A DNA stretch of 63,376 bases, the filler included, from Saprolegnia diclina VS20 (taxonomy: Eukaryota): the NCBI RefSeq assembly GCF_000281045.1. It is 11 parts of 2 records of this genome, joined end to end, with 100 filler letters (N's around TTAATTAATTAA, not from the genome) between each part and the next. Parts side by side here need not be neighbours in the genome. Positions count along the whole stretch, not along the records: positions 46,302 to 53,976 come from NW_008246080.1; positions 54,077 to 56,500 come from NW_008246081.1; positions 56,601 to 57,705 come from NW_008246081.1; positions 57,806 to 63,376 come from NW_008246081.1; 7 more parts are not named here. One strand, written 5' to 3'. Positions 48,400 to 60,514 of the stretch are shown here, piece after piece (positions within the stretch are counted from its first letter, which is position 1; each line of letters opens with the position of its first letter). A program made the translations under genes and the position numbers. Below the pieces are notes generated by a model. It saw only the letters and a list, made by a program, of their open reading frames with translations. It was not told the origin of the DNA and searched no databases.

Positions 48400-49450
48400 T
48401 TATATCACTACCGACGCTCCAGCCGTGGTGCGTCTCGTACGCCCGCGCGTATCTCGGCGAAGGGCGATCGTCGACAAGAACTCGGCCACCCAGCCCGCGA
48501 CGGTTCGCGCTGTGTAGCGCTCTTGAAGACCGTACGCTCGGAGCGCCTCGTCTGCGCAGTCGAGCCGTGTCCGCACGGGGCAAGGCTCACACATGGCGAC
48601 GCCGTTGTTTGCAAGATCTTCTCGGTGCATCTCGAGGCTTGCCGTGTCGATCTCGTGAAGACTTTGAAGCACGTTCAGCACCAGTAGCCCTTGGTGGCGC
48701 GCGCGCACCTTCTGCGGCTCTGTCAAGTACGTCGCGAGGTCGACTTGGCCGTCACCGTCGTCGGTCGGAGGGAGCTTGCAGAGCTCAAACATGCGGCCAT
48801 CAATCTGCAGATGCTGGAGCGTCTGAATGTGCGCGCGGTGCAAGCGTACGCGGGCCTCAAGAAGCGGGATATGATGATTGAGGTACTTGATCTGTCGCGA
48901 TGTGCACGCGCATCGAGTGGCCCGCCGTACGCGCTATCGAGCTCGAATCGCAACGCGTCGGGGATGTCGTCGGGCATGCGCACCGCGGCCAAGGGGAGCG
49001 CGACTGCCCATTACGCCACGTCATGCGCTTCAAGCCAAGGATGCGGCGGCAGACGCTAAACGATGCTTTCGTCGCGCTGGGCTCGTCTGGATTCTGCAAG
49101 GCGAGAAGGTCCGCGACTGCAACCTCCCTTGTCAAATGCCGGCGCCCACAGCGCATGGTGCCATCCGGCTTGTAAACTCACGCACGGTAATGACCCGATG
49201 CGCCTTCCTGCGTAATCGAGCCGGTTTGGCGAGGGGCCCGCTCCTCGGCTGTCCCGGGGTCTGTCCAAGCACCGCCAAACTTGAGTCGGCCAGACAGCAC
49301 AGCCTCGCCATGCGTGCTCACATACGCGCCATACCACTTCTCGATCTTGCCATATTTCACCTCGGAGATATACGGCCGGAACTTGCACTTCTTGGAGCAG
49401 TACGTGACCTTCCTTGCATTTGCTCGCCATCTCAAAAGACAAAATCATTA
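48400..49450 (-). pseudogene. Fragmented hypothetical gene with a MYND-finger-like remnant
   Basis: SKC / KVTYCSKKC lie across a frameshift near 49415. Coding-like ORF pieces follow downstream. Confidence 0.3.
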
Positions 49451-49911
49451 GTCAGCTTTTTTATCCGGTAATGATGGCGAATTTAGCAGTAAGGGCCCCC
49501 GAGTGTACTGGTATGTGGCCGACCGTCGATGCATCGAGTGCAAAGAGGGCTACAGCCATCTTGTCGCGACCGCTGCTGCTAAGACCGACGCACGCCGGGC
49601 GTCGTCGATGTGGTCACATGCGTCGTCAAGCCGTCAGCCAAGCAGGCTCGCGCCCCGATACAGACACAGCATTGGAGCATTGACACATTTAACGACCGGC
49701 AAGATGCTATACCATGCAGCATGCCATCGACTCTCGATGGCTTTGCATAGGAGTCGTCTAAGGTCTCGCGAGATTGCACATCAATGACCTCCAACGCGAT
49801 ACCATGTGTTGGCGCCGTTTCGTCTTGCCAAATTCAAATTATCCGGATTTGTACTTCATATCCGGATTGGACATTTCCACGCCGCAACAACTCGCCGCAT
49901 CGTGATCCAGC

Positions 49912-52269
49912 ATGATGATGGATGATTCCTTTGCCAGCGACGACGATGATATGCATGGGATCCTCAGCGCGATCGGACTCGGGACGACGGCGAAGCGACC
50001 GCTGCCGCCACCGACGGCGCCGGTACGATCAGCTCCCAAGGTCGACCTTGTCCTGAGTGCGCCTAGGACCTGCCCCTCGCGCGATCCACGGCAAGCACCG
50101 GGAAACGCACGGCGACGACCGATGCAATCGTTGATCTGTCCGAGTCGCCGGTCGTGCCCAAGCGTCCGCGACCAGCGCGTGTCGCTGCCGACCTTCCAGT
50201 CCTGGGCGGGCCTTGCCTGCGAGACAAGCCAACGCCCGTCATTTCCGAGCCAAGGCTGGCAGCCACAAACTCCTTACACACAAGAGCCACGAGTCCCGTG
50301 CAAGCAGCGAATTATACAGCAGCAGTGGTCGCAAGCCCGCAACGAGCGGTTGTCAGCTCCATGCGAGCACCCGCCTTTCCGCATGCGTCGCCTCCATCGG
50401 CCTTGAACGAAGCTGTGATCGACATCATGTCAGACTCGTCCGACAGTGACGATGCACTGGATGTTCCTCTCCGCGATCGCTTGCTCGCACAGCGCCGCCC
50501 CGCGCCGCCACAGCCCGTCGACGAAGCCGATACCAATGGTTTGGATGCCTCCATCATCAGCATCAACACCAACACCGACGACGAAGACGCCCCGTGCGTT
50601 CCTGCGCCACCGCCTGTCTCTCCTCATCGTGCTGGACTCTCTTCGCCCGTCGATGTGGTGGCCCTCGAGGACGACGACGGTGGTGACGAGTACGCAGTGA
50701 TGCTGGCGTCGCCACGCTCGGCGCCTCCGTCTCAGCAAGTCACCTCGCCTGTCTACGACCTCGTCGACAGTGACGACGACAACTTGCTACCCCCAAGTTA
50801 TATGACATCGTCCCAACGCTCCACTGCGTCCGTGCAGGACATGATCAATGTCGACGCAAGCGAGGACGAGTATGCATATGCTTACATGGACCACAACCCG
50901 TATGCACTGACGTACTCGCCGCCGTCGTCGCCACTCTTTAGCAGTGCTCTTTTCGATCGCCCGATCCCGCGGTACACGCCGCCGCGCGCAGCGTGCCCAC
51001 CACCCGTCGCTGCACCGCCAACAAGCGCCCATCTTGGTCCTACCGAGCCTCAGGCTCCTCCCGCAGCGCGGGCTCACAAAGCCAAAGCCAAAGCCAAAGC
51101 CACCAAGTCGCCGGCCAAGCCGCGGAAACCCAAGCCGCAAGTGCACGTGTACCTCGAAGAATCGCTCTTTGACGCCGACGTCGGCGAGAAGATGTATACG
51201 GCGCTCGTCAACCACACGACCGCGAGCAAACCGACGCCCTTTGGGTGCTACGTCACGGACGCTAGCACCGTGTCCCATGTCGTGCCCAAGAGCATCATGT
51301 GGCGCGATGCAAGCACCATGGTCCCGATGGCCTGTGTCTACTTGTCGGCCGCCGACTTTATACACGCGATCGCGACAGAGTATGCATCCGTGTACGACCA
51401 CATTGTCAAGCTCCGGCAACAAGTGTCGGACCCGTACGCGCGCACGTTCTTTCTGGTCGAGGGGCTCGAGAAGGCCCTCGTCGTGCACCAGCGCGCCCGG
51501 CAACGCCAGGTACGAGCGAGTCCTTCGTTTCTGTCGCTGACGACGGGTCATTAGGGCCACGGGATGCGACCAATGACGTTTGCTGATGTGCACAACGCTG
51601 TCGTCCACCTCTTTGTCAACTCATTTTGCCACATTCATGTACACGGGATGGATGGACGCGTCTCGTAGTGACCTATGCGATAGTTTGCAGCGACGCCCGA
51701 CGACAGCGCGGCGTACGTCTTGTCGCTAACCCGCGAGATCGCCGCTTTGCCATCGACGTATGTTGAGGCCCATTGTGGACAAGTTGTCATATCTGTTAGG
51801 CCACCCAATGATTTTTTGTCGCATGTTCCTCGCCTCACGTCGGTCCGTGCGACGACCAATGGCGGTGCGTGGACGACTGGACGGTCACAGTCTCATGACG
51901 AGTAGACACCTCGAACGAGCTTGCCAATGCGTGGCTGCGGATGCTCGAGATGGTAGCCAAGATCACCATTGTACATGTGGTTGCTGGACACGACGGTAGA
52001 TCCCGGGCATGAGCCCGGAGATGGCGCAGCGCCTTCTCGACTACTACCCGACGATCGACTCGCTCATGACCGTGTACGTCAACCCGAACGTACCGGTCAA
52101 AGTCAAGGAGCTACTGCTGGCGGTGCGCCCCTGTATGCCTATGGTGTCTCTCAATGTCGATTCGGCCATTGATTAGGACAAGCTAGTCGCCACCAGGGCA
52201 TCCAAGGTCCTCTCCAAGCGCATTTTTGCCATCTTTACGTCGCCCAACCCGCGCGCCATCGCCTTATAA
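49912..52269 (+). CDS. EME1: EME1/MMS4-like crossover-junction endonuclease subunit (ERCC4 domain plus HhH-like region), multi-exon; first intron 50023-50066
   Basis: Disordered acidic N-terminus, FFLVEGL, then AWLRMLEM / IPGMSPEMAQRLLDYYPTIDSLM...KELLLA / LSKRIFAIFTSPNP, resembling the EME1 C-terminus. Confidence 0.75.
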
Positions 52270-54306
52270 GCACGCTAACATAGGGCTACATGCGACCCGT
52301 GTTTATATCGCAGCTGCAGCTGTCGAGGGATGGTCCGTCGATGGCGGAGGGACTTCAACGTGTGGCTTTTATGCAGTCACCTGGAGGCTAGGCATCCGTT
52401 GCCGCAGCAGGGCAGTCGCCCATGCGAAATGTACCTCGCCTATCGACGCCATGATGCCCAGCCCATCGATCGTCTTCATTGGCCCAGCTCGCATGGCTAG
52501 GTCGTCGGCGACGAAGTCGTAAGTAGGCCCCACAGCCGCGTCGCTGGGACATGGACCCGGCGGCAAGATTTATCTTCGGAAGGTATTTGCGGTCAATCCG
52601 GATAGGCCGGATACGGAGATGGTGAGAAACACACGGAGGGTTTTGCGCACATACGTATATAGTGTATGATCTTACTTGTGGGACGCGTAGAGAACAAAAA
52701 GAGGTCNNNNNNNNNNNNNNNNNNNNNNNNNNNNNNNNNNNNNNNNNNNNNNNNNNNNNNNNNNNNNNNNNNNNNNNNNNNNNNNNNNNNNNNNNNNNNN
52801 NNNNNNNNNNNNNNNNNNNNNNNNNNNNNNNNNNNNNNNNNNNNNNNNNNNNNNNNNNNNNNNNNNNNNNNNNNNNNNNNNNNNNNNNNNNNNNNNNNNN
52901 NNNNNNNNNNNNNNNNNNNNNNNNNNNNNNNNNNNNNNNNNNNNNNNNNNNNNNNNNNNNNNNNNNNNNNNNNNNNNNNNNNNNNNNNNNNNNNNNNNNN
53001 NNNNNNNNNNNNNNNNNNNNNNNNNNNNNNNNNNNNNNNNNNNNNNNNNNNNNNNNNNNNNNNNNNNNNNNNNNNNNNNNNNNNNNNNNNNNNNNNNNNN
53101 NNNNNNNNNNNNNNNNNNNNNNNNNNNNNNNNNNNNNNNNNNNNNNNNNNNNNNNNNNNNNNNNNNNNNNNNNNNNNNNNNNNNNNNNNNNNNNNNNNNN
53201 NNNNNNNNNNNNNNNNNNNNNNNNNNNNNNNNNNNNNNNNNNNNNNNNNNNNNNNNNNNNNNNNNNNNNNNNNNNNNNNNNNNNNNNNNNNNNNNNNNNN
53301 NNNNNNNNNNNNNNNNNNNNNNNNNNNNNNNNNNNNNNNNNNNNNNNNNNNNNNNNNNNNNNNNNNNNNNNNNNNNNNNNNNNNNNNNNNNNNNNNNNNN
53401 NNNNNNNNNNNNNNNNNNNNNNNNNNNNNNNNNNNNNNNNNNNNNNNNNNNNNNNNNNNNNNNNNNNNNNNNNNNNNCTACACGCCATGCCCTGTACCGT
53501 AGACGTGCATATCGATACCTGCAGAGACGCACTAGGTCTGAGGAGCGTCGGTCGTGACCGAGCGGCGGAGGGCTGGCGCTCTGGGGTCGTGCGGCGCTCC
53601 GTCGCTTCTCCACTTACGCTGCAGCAGGGCCAACGAATTATTTTGAAATATGCACTGCCTTCGCCAATGTTTTCGGCCTTTTTATTTTTATTCAAGCAAG
53701 GGGCTGATCAATACAATTTTCATGTTATCCCGTCCTGAATTGATTTATATTACGCTAGGACGTTTTAGCAGTTCGGCGATACCTATCCGGACGAATTAGC
53801 GGTCGTCCTCCAAACGAATTATTCGTCCGGCAGCATCCGGTAGAAAACAACGTCAACGAATTAGACCCCATTTCGGGGCGACAAAAATGCTGATTATCAC
53901 AATACATCATGTCGTCAGCCCATCCAACCGAAAGGAGGGATCAAAAGTGCACTGTCGAGTCAAAGCGACGAGGATANNNNNNNNNNNNNNNNNNNNNNNN
54001 NNNNNNNNNNNNNNNNNNNNTTAATTAATTAANNNNNNNNNNNNNNNNNNNNNNNNNNNNNNNNNNNNNNNNNNNNAAGAGCCGCGATGACTCGGTGCTG
54101 GGGGTGCTCGGGACGCCAGTGGTCGACGACCGCGTCGTACTCTCAGCCAAGTGGTCGCGGCTGCTGTCGAATTAATGCAGGGAATAAATTCGAGTCCGCG
54201 TCAGTTGCTTTGCAGCGACTACAGTATCAACCTTCCACAACGCATATCAACCGAGGTCACGTCTTGTGGGGAACAATTTAGTGCGCTAGTAGAACTTGGT
54301 CGACGA

Positions 54307-55287
54307 CTAGCGCCACGGGTGGCGCAGGAGAGCGTGGGCAGCCAGCGAGAGCGCCGAGTCCCGCCACGTGTTGGTTGTTTTCACGGGGAACTCGTAAATT
54401 TCGGCAAAGGCCGGCGCTTTGCGCTGCGTGAGCGGGTGGTTGTAGATGAGCGCTCGCTGCTCCGCGGCGGCGTCGGGAAATCGCTGGTCGTTCTTGCGTG
54501 CTTCGTGCAGGAAGAAGCGAGCAAGCGCTTGGGCCGCTACGATCGCGTCGTCGCTGTGGTCGATAGACTCGTAGGGCGACCCGTTGGCGCGCATGCCAAA
54601 CTCGTACGCGTGCTTTTCTGGGTGGAATTGCACCCCGTAGATCGGGTACGTTTGGCTCTCGATCACCGCCACGTACTCGACGCCGGCGCGGTCGACCGAG
54701 GTTGCCAGGACGTTGAAGGCAGACGTGAGCGCATGCGTTGACGCAAACCGGGTCGTTGTGATGCCTTTCCGGTGGTTGTTCATCGTCAGCGGTCGCGTTG
54801 ACAGAGCTGCAAACGCGCTCGGCTGGAACGAGAAGATGCGACTCGTCGCGGCCGCCGACGTGTAGTTGAGAGTCGACGAGAGGTTCATCGCGTTGAGATT
54901 CGTATTGAGAATGCCGATTGACGAGGTGAGTTGCATGAGCCACTCAAAGCCGAGGCACGTGCCCCAAATGGGAAAGTACGTGCCCCGGTCGTTCGCCGCG
55001 AGTGCGAGCGCGTAGACGCGGGCGGCTTGGTCGTTGACAGGCGCTGCGCCGCCCGGGAAGAGCACGCCGTTGACACTGTTAAGAAGCGCGTCGATCGTGT
55101 CGTTGGAGGCCGCGTACGGAATCGGCACGACGCGACCGCCGGCGCTCTCGATCCACTTGACGTAGGACGCAGCGATGTAGTCGACGTCGCGGCCATAGAA
55201 TGGCTGCGTCATGACACCAATGATCGGGCGCATTGTGGCGCCCGTCCATGGCACGAGGACGGCGAGGAGCCACAGCACCAGTTGCAT
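54307..55287 (-). CDS. GGH: Gamma-glutamyl hydrolase (peptidase C26) with signal peptide
   Basis: RPIIGV, YIAASYVKWIESAGGRVVPI, GVLFPGG, WGTCLGFE (Cys), GVQFHPEK (His). Confidence 0.93.
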   Translation of the reverse strand: MQLVLWLLAVLVPWTGATMRPIIGVMTQPFYGRDVDYIAASYVKWIESAGGRVVPIPYAASNDTIDALLNSVNGVLFPGGAAPVNDQAARVYALALAANDRGTYFPIWGTCLGFEWLMQLTSSIGILNTNLNAMNLSSTLNYTSAAATSRIFSFQPSAFAALSTRPLTMNNHRKGITTTRFASTHALTSAFNVLATSVDRAGVEYVAVIESQTYPIYGVQFHPEKHAYEFGMRANGSPYESIDHSDDAIVAAQALARFFLHEARKNDQRFPDAAAEQRALIYNHPLTQRKAPAFAEIYEFPVKTTNTWRDSALSLAAHALLRHPWR

Positions 55288-56014
55288 CTTGGTCCTTCTT
55301 CGCAAATGTGCCATCGCAGCGCGATGCCATTGGTGCGTCAAAATCAAAGAATGTGTTATTTTCACCAATCAGATCGATTGCTGATGCAAGTTCTGGCACG
55401 ACTGGCAACATCAAATCTGGAGGCGCCTCAGTTTTAGAGATCGGGACATGTAATAGCCTGTGCGCCTCGTGGAAGCGGCCTTCTGGAGCTGCTTTCGGTC
55501 TGACGCGCAGCTGTCCGAAGTGTACCAAGTGTGTGCCCCACTTTTGACGACTCTTTTGGCTGTGGGAGACATGGAAGAGTCAACGACTGTCATATAGCAA
55601 ACTGCAGTGAAATACATACATACTGTGCGCAAGGAAGACGCACAGGAGGTATTGACTGCGACGATGCAAACGGCGCCCGCAGGACTCTCCAAAGGACTCT
55701 GTATCAGCACCCAGCGCGCAGTCGCCGACTCGGAGTTTCACAAGGCAACTGGTTGCGCACGATGCCACCAGCGTCAACACACCCGCCCCATAGCATGGCC
55801 ATGTTCGTATATGACACAGCGCTTGTCGACACTTGTGCTAGAGCACAGACCCGCTCGATCCAATGTTCCCCGAGGTTCAGTGCTCGCTGGTGATGCCACG
55901 TTGCTGACAGTGATCGAGGCCTCCGCCAATCAAAGGCAGGTGCGATCGGCATATTGGCCAATCACATGCAGCTCAATAAATCGGCGAGTGTAACATGCTT
56001 CGGTACCATTCCAG

Positions 56015-56499
56015 GGATGTTCGAGGTGAGCGCGCTGGTGCCGGGGCCGCTGCCGTTCCAGTCGTGGACGCCCGTCGTCGTCTCGCTCGACGGCCAGCCC
56101 CTGCGCGTCGACTACGGCGCCTCACACAAGCCGTTCGATACCACCGGCTGCGCTGCTAGCGCCATCGACCCGCCTTTCCTCGTCGAGATTGTCTTTTCCA
56201 ACAAGAAGAAACTCCTGCTCGACATGGGCTCACGGTCGCTCCAGACGCAGCTCATTCGGCTACTGACCGCTACGACAACGTCGACAGCCTCCACAGACGC
56301 CGCAGACAGCGTTCATGACCAACTTCTCACCGTCGCGGCCGCCATCACCGACCGCGCAGCCGTCGCCAAAAAGGCGGACCTTCGGCCCTGCAACATCTCG
56401 GTTGCTGACGTCCACGCCCACCTTTGCGGTCTCAAGGACGTCTACGACCACGTATCAGGGCTACCGTCTCCACTCGCCCTCTACGACTGGCTCCTCGAT
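56015..56499 (+). CDS. Hypothetical protein exon, possibly a PH-like fold; truncated by a gap
   Basis: GC3-rich open frame with beta-strand-like segments followed by an amphipathic helix. No firm motif. Confidence 0.4.
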
Positions 56500-58001
56500 A
56501 NNNNNNNNNNNNNNNNNNNNNNNNNNNNNNNNNNNNNNNNNNNNTTAATTAATTAANNNNNNNNNNNNNNNNNNNNNNNNNNNNNNNNNNNNNNNNNNNN
56601 CCGAGAGATGGACAGGGAGCGTGACTCACTTTGATCCACATCATAGTACCACTCTATATTGGACAACGAGACGCGTTGTGTTCTTGATTCTTGGAGCACG
56701 AGGGCAGCAGAGTACCCGGCAACGCACCTTACAATTGGCGGAGACTACATGAAGTTGTTGCAGCAGATGAAGGACATTTCTTGGGTCTGAGAAACGCCCA
56801 GCGTGACCGTGATGGAAGTTCGTACTGTGTTTGTGACCAGTGCAACGCCGCTGTCGCCAACTCAACCAAGTCTCGATACCTTTAGGCCGCGTTGGGCGTG
56901 TGTCTCTTGTCGCAGTACTAGTACGTCGTATGTGTTTCGGATGACGGCTTGGACGCTGACTACAGTACGATCTTTGTGTCGTTCCTGGTGACGTTCATTG
57001 TAATCTGTTTCTAAATTCCACACTACATATATATACGTATATCGCCTCACTTCGAGCTGATAATTACAGCTCCAACAATTGCGGACTAAAATGTTCTAGT
57101 TGTCTACTGCTGTACGCACCAGAGTAGACATTACACACGTTCGAAATGAGATGTGTGCCTTCTCTCAGAATGCACAGCAAGCGCTTTGAGGGTCCGCGCA
57201 ACTGGGAGACAAAGCTAGCCTACTCTTCCGTGGATAGGACGTGCATTTAACCGTCGCGGGAGGGCGAGGACTCGAGCTGTGCAAATCATTAAAGTTCCAT
57301 GCCTCTCGATACCTACCCCTAGACTTTCTGAGACCAGCAACTCCTGTTTTCATCGCTCTTTGCATCACAACAACAGCCGACTAAAGCAAAAAGAAAAGCG
57401 AATTGCCAGAGAGCAGACGATATCACTACAACAAGCGACACGATCCCCGCATCTTGCGCAGCCAGTTCCGACGAGACTGCGTTGGTATGCAGCCCGAATC
57501 TCTCGGGGTACGAACACTGCTGAACTCTCATACTCTCGGGAGTTCACTTCTCTCTACAAGTGCCTTGTGTGTGGGCTCGGGCGTCGGCGCTGCCTCTTCC
57601 TCCTGCGTCGTCGTCGCCGCGTAGACTGGCGCGACAAAGCTGTTGTGGCCAAGGCTGTCGAGCGCGTGGCGCGCCGGCTGCGAGAATGCAAACCGGTCAA
57701 ACCGGNNNNNNNNNNNNNNNNNNNNNNNNNNNNNNNNNNNNNNNNNNNNTTAATTAATTAANNNNNNNNNNNNNNNNNNNNNNNNNNNNNNNNNNNNNNN
57801 NNNNNAGACGCGCTACCGCCTGCGAACGAATGAACAAAGAAAGGAGATGGCAAGTCTCTATGTCGACAAAATCTTAGCAAAGATAACGGTCACATTAATG
57901 CGCGCAACAACACGAAAACTACAATTTGACTGAAATTTTTTGTTCGACTTGGCCGGAACCAACCACGGCTTACATGCCCGATGGATGTGGACAGATATTG
58001 T

Positions 58002-59157
58002 CTATAATTTGGCGCAGCCACCAAGGGACGCCAGCCACGACAAAAGCATCGCGTTGACCTCGTCCGGAAACTCCCAGAGGACCCAGTGCGTACCATTTGG
58101 TACGTGGCCGCGGGTCAAGTTGGGGAGCCATTTCTCCATTCCGGTGCTAAATTCGGGTCGCAAGACCGGATCTTTCCCGGCCGAAATGAAGAGCGCGTCA
58201 TGCAAGATCACGCGCTCCAGCCCTTGAGCGTCAATCCAGTCGAGCTCGGTCGTCCGGTACCAATTGAGGCTCTTGTCAAAGCCTTGACGAGCGTACTCGG
58301 CCACGTAGTACGCCTTGTCGTCGGACGCAAGGAGACCGCCGGGCGCAAACTGCAGCGTCGCGACGGACGTCATGACGTCATGGAGGTCCTTGCTCGGTGC
58401 GTTCAACGGCAAACCGCCGTACACGAGCGAAAAGACGTTTTCCGCATTCGCGTCAAAGAGCGCGGCGGTCGACGGCGCCTGTAGGAGCAGCTGGTAGCGG
58501 AACGACGGCTTGACCGCCGCAATCATCTCGAGCGGCACGTACGTTCGAGGCTGCGGGATGTACGGCGTGCAAATGGCCCCCACGGCGAGGACGCGGGCCG
58601 GGTAGAATTGGGCCATGGCCCACGCGACCGCGCCGCCCCAGTCGTGCCCAAGAAAGACAGCGCGTGGCAAGCCCAAATGATCTAGCTTGAATGAGAAATC
58701 GCGTGCATAAGTCCGTATATTGTACCAAGCAGGAGAGCGTAGTCGCGCGCCACGATCGACTTGCGGTAGGCTTCGTATGCGTCCGGTGACGACGTTGCGC
58801 CAAACCCGCGCTGGTCTAACGATGGGTGAGAAGGCAGGATCGAGGCAGTGACGTGTACCTGGTACAATCACGCGGTACGTGGCACGCAGCGCCTGGATCT
58901 GGTGCTAAAGCACAGTCGTGCCGTCAGGACAAACCGACATGGCGAAAAGGATGGTGGTAGTACCCGCCAGCCCCACCAAAGGTCCGGCCAGCCATGGAGC
59001 AAGACGACCGGAACGCCGTCTACAGGTCGCTCCTCAATACACCATTTATGTTTCATTCGGTCGACCCACCGCGGGGGCCCACGTCGACGTAGTGGAGGCG
59101 GATGCCGTTTAGTTCGGCGTAGCAGTGCGTGTACTCGGGGCTGAACGGGCTTGCCAT
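58002..59157 (-). CDS. Soluble epoxide hydrolase-like alpha/beta hydrolase, multi-exon, with C-terminal AKL
   Basis: LNGIRLHYVDVG, LLHGWPD, GHDWGG (Asp nucleophile), LNWYR, GTHWV. Confidence 0.9.
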
Positions 59158-59388
59158 CTTGGCCGAAAATCGTCAAGTGGCCAATCACAAGGCGCCAACG
59201 GACGCAAAGTAGCCAATGATTGGTTCATCGCTAGAAAGTGCAATCGTCTTGAAGCTGGGACCATGTCGACAAACGCCGCCAAATGTATTCATGAACCCTG
59301 TCCGCGCCAAGTTGATCGGACAACGAGATGAAGACGATGTACTCGTGTCTACTACATCTACGCTAGGCCCCTGGATGCGAGATGGCAT

Positions 59389-60063
59389 TCAGAACGAGAG
59401 CGAGAAGAGGTCGCGGCAGGCAGCGACGCCTTCGAGGGCCATGAGGCGCGTCTCGCCTTCCTTTACCCACGAGGTCTCGTCCAGCGGCAGATCGGACGGC
59501 GTGACGACGATGAGCTCGCGCGTCGTCTTGTGGCGATATAGAAACTCCTCGGCCTCGTAGAGCTGGGTCATCTTGAACGTCGTGCGCGACGTCTTGTAGC
59601 CTGCTTCGGACGCTGCGAGCGCCGAGAAGCCAACCACCTGAAGCGGCTGCAAGTGTTTGGGGCGCGCCGCACGCAAGTTTTCCAAGATGCGTCCGAGGTC
59701 CGCCAACACTACAGTTGCCATGCGCGCGTAGTCCCGCGTCCAGGCCGGTGTCTTCTCGATGTGGTACAAATGGAGGCCGAGTTCGCCGTCTTCGTCAGTC
59801 GCAGCGTCAAAAACACCATTGACCAAGCCGGCCTCGTCGATCTCCTTGCGAATGTAGGCTGTCCATGTCGCCTTGGTCACGGGCACGACGATGCAGCAGC
59901 CCAAGCCGTCGTAGATCATGCCAAACTCGGGGTGGAACATGTACCACTGGGCCATGGCCTCGGGCGTCAGAGGCGTGTCCGTCGGGTACATCTCCTTGTC
60001 GCTGGCCAGAATCGCATCAAAGTCGCAGACCGCAATCGGGCGCGGCAATGGCGGGCGCACCAT
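59389..60063 (-). CDS. Intronless hypothetical protein, possibly a GNAT-like fold
   Basis: Clean 224-codon GC3-rich ORF. LHLYHIEK...GFSALAASEAG loosely resembles GNAT motifs. Confidence 0.6.
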   Translation of the reverse strand: MVRPPLPRPIAVCDFDAILASDKEMYPTDTPLTPEAMAQWYMFHPEFGMIYDGLGCCIVVPVTKATWTAYIRKEIDEAGLVNGVFDAATDEDGELGLHLYHIEKTPAWTRDYARMATVVLADLGRILENLRAARPKHLQPLQVVGFSALAASEAGYKTSRTTFKMTQLYEAEEFLYRHKTTRELIVVTPSDLPLDETSWVKEGETRLMALEGVAACRDLFSLSF

Positions 60064-60514
60064 GGTTCGAAATTGCATGCCATTATTCGCTTTTGTATTT
60101 TATTTCATACAAACACTCAGACATATATTTTAAAACACATTCCGAGAAAATAGTGTAATACAATCATCAGACAACATCGCGCACAAGGGATCACAAGACG
60201 GTGCCTTGGCAACGACAGATTTCCTTTCAAAGAATACATGTACTTGAGACTACTAGGCACCTCTCTCTATCATGCTCTCTGCGCGCCGTGATGAATGCAG
60301 AGTGGTTCCCCTCACACTATATTGGATGTATGTATTACACTATTTCTATGCTGCCGTTTCTAAAATACTAACCTGCTCAACACGACACAAGGATACCACA
60401 AAACGTTGATTTGATTGCATGGTATTTTAACTTGCCCTATACGTAGCAAGTTCAACCAATGTTAGTTTCCCTTCGAAGGGTTGCTGGCGTCGGCTCCTCA
60501 GAAATACAATCGCG

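Noticed and set aside
56600..57000. CxxC-containing fragments, possibly a Helitron relic
   Set aside because: Too short and broken to support a call.
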